DNA of 64,000 nt from Marsupella aquatica. Its lineage: Eukaryota; Plantae; Marchantiophyta. Positions 1 to 10,448 of this stretch are shown here, one piece after another. The position numbers and the translations under genes are program-made. Under the pieces are notes generated by a model. That model worked only from the letters and a program-made list of their open reading frames with translations. It ran no database searches and was not told the origin of the DNA. The DNA lies in the NCBI GenBank assembly GCA_973895155.1, contig OZ316895.1, positions 5,724,687-5,788,686 on the forward strand, written 5' to 3'. Each line of letters opens with the position of its first letter. Position 1 is the first letter of the stretch.

Positions 1-175
1 TCCATTCGTTCGTCGGTTCGCATGGAATTCCGATCCTACTGCCGCGTGCCTATAATTTCCTCAAGGAACGCGCAGCTTGAGCGTTCCGTCGCTCGAGCAC
101 ATAAAGGCTGATGAAACAAAGGATGAAATCATAGAATCGGCCCTTTAGCAACAAGATTGGAAGGTTAGCGCCGAA

Positions 176-1303
176 ATGGAGTTTAACTTGAGCGATTTTC
201 CTGTTTGCAAAGATTTGTTCGATAATGGCGTTGACGTAGAAGAGGATAGTAGGCAGGGTGCCCTGACTGAAGATGACTGCATCGTCACGGGAGACGCCGT
301 TCCACCCAGCGACTTTGATGATCCTAACCGACACGTGTTGAACCCGAATTTTTCGTGCCAAATATCAGCATGTCAACAGAGTTTCGCTACCATGGCCGAT
401 CTAAAGAAGCACCGAGTGGACACCCACGTTTTGGCCATCTTCACCATCCCTCTCGACAGTTGCAACAACAACGACGATCTCAAATCAGGGGACCAAAGCT
501 GCGGCACCAATGAGCACGAAACTCACATTTCTGGCGACGACTCCGAGAAAGAGAACATCAAAGAAAATAGCATCGAAGAGAATTCCGATAGTAGTCTGAG
601 CGTTCACTGGAAGAACGATCCGGCTGTTTATCAGATGTTGGCAAAGCCGCTCAGCAGCGACAAGATTTCGAACTGCCGCGTTACTCCCGGTGTTACTCCA
701 TATTGGCCCGACCAGTTGCAGAGCATCAGAGTCGTCAGGAGAGCGTACGAGATGGAAACGGAGAACACCGATGGCCGGATCGAGGAAGGTGGACACGCCA
801 ATCGCTGGAGCAACGCTTTCCTGTTTTCAGGAGCTCTAATTCTAGTAAACCTGTTCCTGCAGAAATTGTCAATTAAGTTGGCTTTCTGCCGTTGTCCTGT
901 TTCCGTCGCTTCGCTACCTTCTGCGTGTAATGCCGCTCGAATGAGGTACCACCATGCTTGGCATGAAGGATTCCCCGGTGCACTTCGAGGAATTGGTGGA
1001 GATTCGAGTTTACTGCGCCAATTCTTGCAGACCTTCCAGCGGGCCTTCCAGTGTGTCATTCCTTACATACCAGCCACACAGGCAGCTCAAAGCATCTATG
1101 TGATCACCGCAATAGCAGTCATTGTTCTCTTGGTTTGGAAATTAATACGGTTTCGCCGGAATCCTTCCTGGAGAATATTTCTGCATCCACGGCCGAGAGC
1201 TGGTCCTCGTCGTCATGGTCTGAACAGGACTGCGAATCCCAAGGAACGTGACCATGATCAAACTGGAAACGGTGCAGGATCAGGGACTGATGACGAAGAC
1301 TGA
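176..1303 (+). CDS. Hypothetical protein with one C2H2-type zinc finger, acidic linker and C-terminal transmembrane segment (probably contains unresolved in-frame introns)
   Basis: 375-aa ORF. FSCQISACQQSFATMADLKKHRVDTH fits C-x4-C-x12-H-x4-H. Hydrophobic IYVITAIAVIVLLVW is followed by basic KLIRFRR. GT/AG sites lie inside the ORF (e.g. ttcctgcag ~861, ttcttgcag 1030), so the exon structure is uncertain. Confidence 0.5.
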   Translation: MEFNLSDFPVCKDLFDNGVDVEEDSRQGALTEDDCIVTGDAVPPSDFDDPNRHVLNPNFSCQISACQQSFATMADLKKHRVDTHVLAIFTIPLDSCNNNDDLKSGDQSCGTNEHETHISGDDSEKENIKENSIEENSDSSLSVHWKNDPAVYQMLAKPLSSDKISNCRVTPGVTPYWPDQLQSIRVVRRAYEMETENTDGRIEEGGHANRWSNAFLFSGALILVNLFLQKLSIKLAFCRCPVSVASLPSACNAARMRYHHAWHEGFPGALRGIGGDSSLLRQFLQTFQRAFQCVIPYIPATQAAQSIYVITAIAVIVLLVWKLIRFRRNPSWRIFLHPRPRAGPRRHGLNRTANPKERDHDQTGNGAGSGTDDED

Positions 1304-1861
1304 TCACCGAGGGGATCATTAAGAGTAGTACAGACCCAGGAGTTATCATTTCCTACCTTTCATAGAGCACTCATTCTCACCGACCTCGATGTTCTGCTCC
1401 TGTTTCTCCTCTGCTGCGGGTTGTCATGGTGAAGAGAGATCAATAGCTTACTCTATACTTCAAGAATGCTTCAATCTATCGAATCCAATTTGAACTTCTT
1501 TGAAGTTACTTCTGTAGTTGAGATATAGCTGGACCGTCGGACATATCATGACCTCAGGACTAATAATTTTTGATGCATGCTACCTCGTGCTACTGATAAG
1601 GAAAACACTACATATGCACCTCGGCTTATTCAATTCTAATAAAGTGAGTACATATGAGATATGCCAGGCTAGCTTGCCGCTATTGCTTGATTAATCCAAA
1701 GCTGACATAGCCACCAGATCAATCACATTATAATCACAGCCTCGATGAAGATCCGACTTGATGAATTCCTAAAATCGAATTCATGTCTCAGCTTCACTTT
1801 TTCGGATTCGAGCGATCCAATAGTTGATACTCTGTCTTCATCCACTGCTCTGAAGATTTCC

Positions 1862-2040
1862 GACGTTTCAAATTGACTACCGATTGCCAGAAACTTCAGT
1901 TGAACTTCGGTGCGTTTACTGATATTTGAAATTGACTATCGATTGCCAGAAACTTCCGTTGAACGTTTCCTGATATTTGAAATTGACTACCGATTGCCAG
2001 AAACTTCCGTTGAATGTCGGTGCGTTTCCTGATATTTTCA
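1862..2040. repeat. Tandem repeat, 3 copies of a 51-60 bp unit
   Basis: aaattgactaccgattgccagaaacttccgttgaa...cgtttcctgatattt occurs three times. Confidence 0.85.
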
Positions 2041-2178
2041 TTCGTGAAAATAGGCACCCCCATAGTCACGAATGCTTGAAGGAGCTCGACCTTCGAGTTC
2101 ACTCGAAATGTGCCTCGATGAATTAATCATGTAAGATTTAAGCATGTGAAGGATAATGAGCGTCTGGGCACACAGGAC

Positions 2179-2402
2179 TTCTGAGCACGGGAGAAAAGCT
2201 TACTTGGGTTAGTCTCGATCGGGGTTATTAAACTCTACCCCTCTGACCAAAATGTGAAGAAAAACTCTTCTGAGCAGGGAAGAAAAGCTGACTTGGGTTA
2301 CTAATCTCGATGGGGGTTATTAAACTCTAACCCTCTGACCAAAAAGTGAAGAAAAACACTGCTGAGCACTGGAGAAAGCTGACTGGGGTTACTAATCTCA
2401 AT
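2179..2402. repeat. Tandem repeat, ~2.5 copies of a ~90-bp unit (further degenerate copy near 2765-2842)
   Basis: ctgagcac.ggagaaaagctgacttgggtta...ggggttattaaactctacccctctgaccaaaa.gtgaagaaaaac is repeated. Confidence 0.8.
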
Positions 2403-3109
2403 CAGGCATAAATGGCAGGATGTTTATCAATGTCTGTCTCAACATTGTTTATCAATGTCTGCCTCAACATTAGCCCATGACCCCTAGAGAGGAATGACTT
2501 AGTGATAACTCACTTGAGTAGAGATTGATAGGTTTTGGGTTCTAGTGTTGTGGGCTGACTATTCCCAACTATTGTGGCTGACTCTAAGTCCCTTCCTTGT
2601 GGGGTTTCACAGATTTCCCTTTAGAAAAATAAAAATAATAAAACATTAACCCATGACCACTTTGGTTGATTGACAAAAAGATAATGTTGAAGATCAACGG
2701 CATGACACAATTTATTAAGGAGAGGCCATAGTATGTGAGAAGAACTTGTCATCCTTGGAATGGTGGGTTATGAAACTCTACTGACGGGTTGACCAGAAAG
2801 TGAAGAAAAACATTGGTGGTAACCAGAAATCTTTTTCTGAGCATTTTGGGAAGAGCATCCAGACTAGAACCCGAGACCCGGAACGTCATTATAGGGGGAA
2901 AATTCAGTACAAAATAAATTCATGAACATAAATTTTGGGGAGGAGATTATGGAAATAAGAGGGACCTCCAAAAATGGTTGGCTGCACACACCTCCAACAA
3001 TGCCATGAATGAATTTAAGTTTCACACACTCTTTCCTCATCAATACCTGCCCTTCTTGAGTGCAAATACAAGGGCACTAAGACATGCCTGCAAACTAGTA
3101 GTTATTAAA

Positions 3110-3395
3110 TTTGAAGCTGAAGCAAGGATGGATAGCCTTGTTGGACATAGTGATTTTCCATGGGGCGGCCCATGGTTGATGAATTGAGTAAACAAATATT
3201 TTTTAGTTTTGTACCTGCATGGCAACTAGAGAAGGAGACTGAAAAAAACACAAACCCAAATATATAATACTAACACAACTAAAACTAATCTAATGAAATT
3301 TACCCCTCCTCATTTTATGGTGAAAAACTCAACCAAAATGATCAAAAGTTCATTGTCACTGGGATGTAAGTTTAGTTTGCCTGCTCCTCACACAT
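3110..3395. repeat. Old interspersed repeat fragment interrupted by copia element 1 (continues at ~10454-10550); homologous to 22300-22960
   Basis: Blocks shared in the same order with 22300-22960: ctgaagcaagg, ggatgga...tgttggacatag, ttagttttg...tgca.ggcaact.gag, tttacccct..cattttatg...tcaaccaaaatg; after the 3' TSD, tgtggtccat.ggggcttcaaat. Confidence 0.6.
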
Positions 3396-3740
3396 TGTTG
3401 AGCATAGACGACAATTGTAACGGCAAGCCCATGAACCATCCAATGCACAAGAGTCGACACAGAGAGATACGTGGTTCACCTCCACATGAGGCTACGTCCA
3501 CGGGAACACATATGAGCTTTACTGCACTCTAGGCCGACCGGCCATACCAAGCATCCATAGCGCAAGCTCTCTCTATCTCTCAACTAGCTCCGTAACAATG
3601 AGCCTGAGTTCTCACTCTCCAAGCAAACACCGCTTGGTTATAGAGTGTGCACATCATGACTAACCTAACCAAGTCTACGACTAAGGTTAGCCTTAACTAC
3701 GGTATAGTCGTAACTCTAGACCTAAGAGTAAATCCTAACA
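3396..3740 (-). repeat. 3' LTR of copia element 1
   Basis: TG...CA termini; about 12 substitutions vs 10104-10448 by eye, mostly transitions; adjacent to the PPT. Confidence 0.97.
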
Positions 3741-3752
3741 ATCTCCCCCTTG
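3741..3752 (-). other. Polypurine tract of element 1
   Basis: atctcccccttg = CAAGGGGGAGAT on minus, abutting the 3' LTR. Confidence 0.9.
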
Positions 3753-3943
3753 ACTCTGGTCTAGGGGAGGGTAAAGACTGCTACCAATATGATTGCTCAG
3801 CGGGAAGTTCTGGAAAGAAAAACCAAACCGGTTTTTCCCTCTTTATACGAGAGTAGACCGGGGAGTAGACCAGAACTAAGCCGTAGCCTATACAAGGAAT
3901 GAGGAAGAGCATATCTCAGTATCTACACAAATGTTAAGTAACC

Positions 3944-6900
3944 CTACTTGTGAGGCAATTGCAAAACCTGCAACGCATCACGGTGTCTAGAAAAACTCTC
4001 CAAAGGAATCACTTTGGTAAAAGCGTAAGCCGGTTTGAGTTTACCGTCAATCTTGACTAGCTCAAACATATTATCAGACACAGCTTGCATGCTAAAATGG
4101 TACCTGACGTCGATGTGCTTCACTCTGCTATCCAAGGTGAAGTGCACTCTGACTATCACAATGAAGCTTCACATTCCCCTATGGCAATCCCATCTCAGTG
4201 ATAAGTCTGTCCAACCAAATTGCTTCCTTTGCTGCTTCCGCTACTACAACATACTCCGCTTCTGTAGTAGACTGAGCAATACACTTCTGCAAAGTAGACC
4301 TCCAACTTATGCATCCACCTCCCAGTGTGAACATATAACCTGTTGTTGACTTCCTCCGATCAAGATCCTGTGCATAGTCAGCATCTACATAGCCCATCAA
4401 TGATCTAGCATTATCAGCATGTGCATCAAACAGTAAACCATGATCCACGGTACCCTTCAAATACCGAATAATCCATTTCACTGCTTCCCAGTGTCAGTAC
4501 CCTCCTTGGATTCAACATGTACCTGCTCACCTTGCCCATAGCCATGACAAGATCAGGTCTAGTGCAAGTCATCAAATACATGAGACTCCCCACTGCCTTG
4601 TCATACGGAACCTTTGACATCAATCCCTTCTCAGTGTCATCCGTAGGACAGAAAGCTGATAACAACTTGAAGTGTGGAGCCAACGGGGTACTCACTGGCT
4701 TGCTATCCCCCATGTTGAACCTTGCAATTACCTTCGTGGCATAACTGCTCTGCGTCAACCATAACTTGCCAGCCTCCAAGTCCCTAGTGATCTTCATACC
4801 CAAAATTCTCTTAGCAGGCCCTACATCCTTCATCTTAAACTCTGCACTTAGCAGTGCCTTGAGCTTAACAATCTCAGACCTATCCTTGGCCGCAATAAGC
4901 ATGTCATCCACATAAAGTACTAAAACAATGAACCCAAAGACAACATTCTTCACCGGTTTAAGATACACACATGGGTCAAACACACTCCTGTGAAAGCCTT
5001 GTGCACGAATCCAATCATCAAACCGCTTATTTCACTGTCTTGGTGACTGCTTCAACCCGTACAAGGATCTCAGCAATCTGCAAACCAAATCCTCTTGCCT
5101 TTTCTTCACAAAACCTAGCGGCTGTCTCATGAAGATCACCTCTTTCAAGGTGCCATAGAGGAAAGCTGTGACAATATCCATCTGATCTAGCAGCAGACCA
5201 AACATAACAACAAGCACACACAATAGCCGTATTGTTGAGTACTTAACAACTGGTGAGAAGACCTAATTGTAATCCACACCTTTTTCCTATGTGAATCCCT
5301 TGGCTACCAACCTAGCCTTGTAGACCTTCGATCCACCTCCTGTGGACTGATCCTTCAGCTTGTATATCCACTTGCTGTCCACCACTTGCTGTCCCTCAGG
5401 CAGCTTGACAAGCTCCCAAGTTTTGTTGACCTTCAGTGACTGCATCTCCGTTTGCATAGCTGCAGTCCACTCTTGCTTCTCTTTTGAAGCACTTGCTTCA
5501 TGAAATGAACTTCCAAAATCAACGCATCACCCTCATCGTCACTAACAAAATCCTACTCTTGCAACTGAGATGAATCAACCCACTGTCCATACCTTGGTGG
5601 AGCGCATACAGTGCGACCAGATGCTCTTCTAGCCGATGATTCCGGTTGATCTGCGTGTGCTGGTACAATTTGAAGCTCAGTAGCATCCACTTGCTGTTCA
5701 CCAGCATTAATAAACTCCTCTGGTTCCTCTGGCACAGTAACCAACTCCATAATTGGAGCAACTCCTTCTCTCCAGTCATGCACCTCATGACCAATCTCCC
5801 CCTCAACGAGATCCGGGATATGAGATTTTCCTTTGTCAGTATGGGAGACCTGAGTATTCTCCCCCTCCTTCAATAATCTGGATTCATTGAAGGAAACATC
5901 CATACTGACAACGAGCTTATAGGCAATAGGATCCCATATTTCACACCACTCTTGTACCCAAGAAAAACACATTTCTTGGAGGTAGGATCCAACTTGGTCC
6001 TATTCTGCTTCGGTGTGAGAGCATATGCATCACTTCCAAAAACTACCAAGCCATGATAGTCTGCTTGCCGCTTATAGCGCATCTCAAACGGCGTTTTGAA
6101 ATTGATAGCACTAGAAAGAGAAAGATTTACCAAATAAGTTGCGGTATTGACAGCTTCTACCCAAAATTCTTGTGGTAAACTTGATTAGCTCAACATACTC
6201 CGTGACCACTCCAACAGTGTCTAATTGAGCCTCTCAGCGACACCATTTTGCTGCGGAGTATAAACTGTGGTAAGATCGCAAGTTATCCCCTGTTCTGAAC
6301 AGTACTCTTAAAATTTCACTGAAGTGTACTCCTCGCCGTTGTCTAACCTCAGACTCTTCACCCCGGGTATGCAACTCTTATATAATAGACAGGGGTCTAC
6401 ATTTTTATATGGACTAAAAAGTTGGCTATACAAAATAATTAAAATTTGAAAAAACCTGGGTTTCCCACTTTTAAAAATTTTCAAGTCATATAAAAGGTTT
6501 GGTTTCCTTCATTTTCCATATGAAATTAAAAATAATTCCTATACATGTTGTAATTTTTATTAAAAGATTTTTAATAAAAATCCTAAAAAGCTGGCTAGTT
6601 TGGTTGTAGACCCCAGTATTAAAAAAAACCCATATAATTTGGTTTTGATCAACTTTTTGTACATCAAAACATGTTTGGTTTTTTTTTTAAGTTACATTTT
6701 TGGATTCCTTGAGTTCAGAGGTACAAGACTTTAGTAGACTAAAATGAAATCTAAGATGGTCAATTGGATATAAGGCCATTATAAGGAATTAAAAACTTGC
6801 CTTATAAAAAGGGGAGTTGCATACCCGGGCTCTTCACCCTTGTATTCAAACACTTGACTGTGTTTCCAGTCTGATTCTCCACCTGGGCCTTCCACTTCTT

Positions 6901-7656
6901 AAAAATGGACAAGACATCAGACTTATGCGTCATGAAATAAATCCACACAAATCTTGAGTAATCGTCAATAAATGATACATAGTAGAACTTTCCAGAGTGT
7001 GAGGGAGTCGGGGATGGACCCCACACGTCACTATGTATGTACTCAAGAACCGCTTTGGAACGATGAGTTCCAACACCGAAAGCACGATGATGCTGCTTTC
7101 CAAGAATATAATGCTCACAGAACTCTAATTTACAAGATTGCAAATCAGAAATGAGTCCATTCTTCCGGAAGATAGCCAAACCCTTCTTACTCATGTGGCA
7201 TAGCCGTGAATGCCACAGTTGAGTCATCTCCTCGTGAGACTTGGTTACATTGGCCTCTCCACATACAGTATTGCCCTGTAACACATACAAATTCTTTTGT
7301 CTGCTCCCCTTCAAAATCACTGTCTCTCCCGACTTGACTTGAAGTTCACCTTCAATAACGCTCCATTGATGACCATTTGAATCCAACACACCAAGTGAAA
7401 TCAGATTCTTACGCATGCTAGGTAGATACTTGACTCCGGACACTCTGCGCACAGCGCCATCAAACATTTGAATCTTCACAGACCCAATTCCCTCAATTTG
7501 ACAGGAGTGATCATTTCCCATCAAAACTGAACCGTTTGAAACAGAGTAAGAACTGAAAAACTCACGAATGTAACAAATATGAAAAGAGCAAGCACAATCA
7601 AGAATCCACACATCATCTGCTCTCCTAGATGACGTGCACAGGGCATACCCTCGGCT
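3944..7656 (-). pseudogene. pol: pol of element 1 (protease, integrase, RT, RNase H), disrupted
   Basis: Motifs WILDCACSFH (PR), WHSRLCH/HSDVWG (INT), YGLKQSPRQ and LYVDDML (RT), DADYA/EAEY (RH). Several stops and frameshifts, plus the MITE insertion at 6362-6829. Confidence 0.93.
6362..6829. mobile_element. Non-autonomous DNA transposon (MITE), 468 bp, nested in the integrase of element 1
   Basis: Perfect 16-bp TIR CCCGGGTATGCAACTC / GAGTTGCATACCCGGG. 8-bp TSD CTCTTCAC at 6354-6361 and 6830-6837. Empty site visible in element 2 (~38841). AT-rich non-coding interior. Confidence 0.93.
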
Positions 7657-8697
7657 TCATAAAACATACTCATCATTGAGTAAATCAGCTTCTCCATCAG
7701 CCCTAGCCACATTTGCCGATGAAGTTTCCGTTGCCTTTCCCTAATAGTCTCGCTTGAAGTGTCCAACTTGGTTGCACTTCCAACATGTCACCTGCCTCGT
7801 CTGAGGGGATTTACCCCTAGACTTAGATCTGGATTTAGATCTAAACTGGGTTCTACGGTCCCCAGTTGGTCGCTGCATACTCCTCCCACGGTTAACATTG
7901 AGGGCAGCACCAGATGATGAAGGCTGTGACGTGATGTGCATCTTTTGCTGAAGATCATCACTAAGAAGAGAACTTACCACGTCATTGTATGAAATTGTAT
8001 CCCTATCACGATGCAACAACACTCGTGATAGGGACTGGTAAGATGGAGGCAATGAATTGAGAAGCTGCAGAGCCTTCGTCTCATCATTCAAAGTCTCCCC
8101 AAGGTTTTCCAAGTCAACGACCATGTCGTTGAAAGTATCCACATGGTCTTGCAACTTCGTATCGGATTCCTTCATCCTGAAACTCATCAGTTTGTAGGAA
8201 GTGTAGAGCCGATTTGACAATTCCTTGCGGTGATACTTGCTCTGCAATTCCGCAAACAAGGACATGCAATCCTTATGTGCATCCAACTGCTTGATGATGG
8301 GAGGCATGAGATAGAGTATGACACACCACACTCCCTGCTCCTGCATGCGGTCCCATTGTTTCTCATCAACATTGTCTTCACGAGGGCTCAGCAGTTGGCC
8401 CATCCCTGACGCATAGAGCACTCCCTTCACCTGCTTCTCCCATAGCAAGTAGTCAGAGCGCCCATCATACTTTGTCACTTCATACTTGGGTCCCCCAAGC
8501 TTGAAAGTCCCCATCTTCTTCTTTGGCACTACCGTGAGCTCCGGTAGTAGTACTGCTTCCTCCACCACACGGTGCACCGGTGATGGTACCGGTGTCACGT
8601 GCTCTTCCTCCCGCTCCTCTCTCTCCCCCTCAAACCGCCGCGGTGATCCTCTTGCTTCAAGTTCCACGTCTTCAAAAATCTCCTCCGAATAACTCAT
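7657..8697 (-). pseudogene. gag: gag of element 1
   Basis: KYEVTKYDGRSDYLLWEKQVKGVL, LLNSLPPSY, zinc knuckle CWKCNQVGHFKRD(Y). Private TAG at 7741-7743. Shared TGA at 7657-7659. Confidence 0.92.
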
Positions 8698-10089
8698 ATG
8701 AGAAAATCATGTAAAAATATCGTTTTTCACAACTTCTCAAAAAACTCAAAACTAAACACTGCCGCGTAGCCCACGAAGCTAGGAGTCCAACACTGAAAAC
8801 CAAAATCAAAATCAAAATTCGACGGAAAAGTTATTCAAATTTCGGTCGGGGTGGGTAAAACCTTGGGAAACTCTCCCATTTTCACCACCTTAGGGAATAA
8901 CCCGTCGTCGGAATTGCAATTCGATTGATGCGCCACGTTGCTAACTTCAATGGCTACGACCTCGCCAAAAAAGAACCAAAAAAGTTATCGTTCGGAGCGC
9001 GGAATCTTTGTCGGACGGCCAAAAAACAGCTCTCTATTTTTCAGGAATATTCTTGCACAGTCCAACAGGTCTCATAGGGGACCGTTCCCCCTGTCCAAGT
9101 GGTGAAAACGCCGGGTCACTGGGCCCGGGAGAACCAATAGAAAGTGGAGCCGGGAAAAAAACCAAAAATGTGGCCCTTAAAAATGGGGGGTTTAAACCCC
9201 TTTATGGAAAATGCGTGTATAAGGGCCGAGACCAGGGTGGGATACGCGCGGGGGAGCCGTACTGGCGGCAATACGCTGCCGAGTACAGGCAGCGTGCAAG
9301 GCCGGGCCGGGGAGTAACGCCGTCGCTGCGAAGTGTGGCCGGCACAAGGAGCAGGGTGCGGGCGGGGACAACCGGCAAAAAAATTGGCCCTAACCTAAGC
9401 CAAAAATTGATTGTTAAAGGCCGATTACACACCTAATCGCCATTTAGCTTGAGAAAGTGAAGTGCACCGACATGAAAAGTTGCCAAATTGAACCGGCGTC
9501 TTCTGCACACACAGCAGAGGAAAAATCTTCCATCGCAACTCACTCTCCCCGCATCAAGTGCCAATCCTAGACTCAAAACGACCGCCTTGCCGCGATCAAA
9601 CCGTTGAGCCGTAGCACTTCGCGTTTCTTCCTCCGAGTTAGACGCGGTGATGAGAAAACCCGGTTCAGATGTGAACAAGCTCCATAGCCTGTGAAAAAAT
9701 CTGAATGTCTCTTTCAATCATCACGTCCCACTCGGTAACCATTCGGCAGCAACTAAGCAACCGAAACGATCAGCTTGCCACAACCTCCAACTTGAGCTAT
9801 AACATGCGACGCCTCCCGCACCGCACAGCTCACACCATTGAAAAACATGAGCTCTGGTCGCCCCCAAAAAATACCGTCAAACACGAAAAACTCCAGATCG
9901 ATGCAAACTCCGATTCCACCACACCACGGATACCAACCAGTGAGTTCTATACACCGATAGAAAGCCCTCTCACTAATCTATTCGCTCAGCCACACACATT
10001 CGAGTTTCATGCGACGAAACTCCGAATGCAACATCGAAAAATGAACGCTGGAAAACCGTCACGAAAAAACCTCATCACCTCCCAGACAT

Positions 10090-10101
10090 GCTCTGATACC
10101 A
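10090..10101 (-). other. Primer-binding site (tRNA-iMet) of element 1
   Basis: gctctgatacca = TGGTATCAGAGC, 2 nt from the 5' LTR. Confidence 0.95.
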
Positions 10102-10103
10102 AT

Positions 10104-10448
10104 TGTTGAGCATAGACGACAATTGCAACGGCAAGCCCATGAACCATCCAACGCACAAGAGTCGACACAGAGAGATACGTGGTTCACCTCCACATGAGGC
10201 TACGTCCACTGGAACACATATGAGCTTTACTGCACTCTAGGCCGACCGGCCATACCAAGCATCCACAGCGCAAACTCTCTCTATCTCTCAACTAGCTCCG
10301 TAACAATGAGCCTGAGTTCCCACTCTCCAAGCAAACACTGCTTAGTTATAGAGTGTGCACAGCATGACTAACCTAACCAAGTCTACGACTAAGGTTAGCC
10401 TTAACTACGATACAGTTGTAACTCTAGACCTAAGAGTAAATCCTAACA
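10104..10448 (-). repeat. 5' LTR of copia element 1
   Basis: 345-bp direct repeat of 3396-3740, followed by TSD CACAT. Confidence 0.97.

Larger units (their letters stand above)
3396..10448 (-). mobile_element. Full-length Ty1/copia LTR retrotransposon, element 1 (Tnt1/Tork-like), decayed
   Basis: 345-bp LTRs TGTTG...CTAACA at 3396-3740 and 10104-10448. TSD CACAT at 3391-3395 and 10449-10453. PBS TGGTATCAGAGC on minus. PPT present. Domain order gag-PR-INT-RT-RH on the minus strand. Confidence 0.97.

Noticed and set aside
4490-4500. 4-bp insertion in RT of element 1 as a transposon excision footprint
   Set aside because: Equally explained by local slippage; no diagnostic TSD pattern
9008-10109. 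Antisense ORFs (142 and 134 aa) in the leader of copia element 1
   Set aside because: Not conserved in element 2, non-ATG starts, no domain motifs
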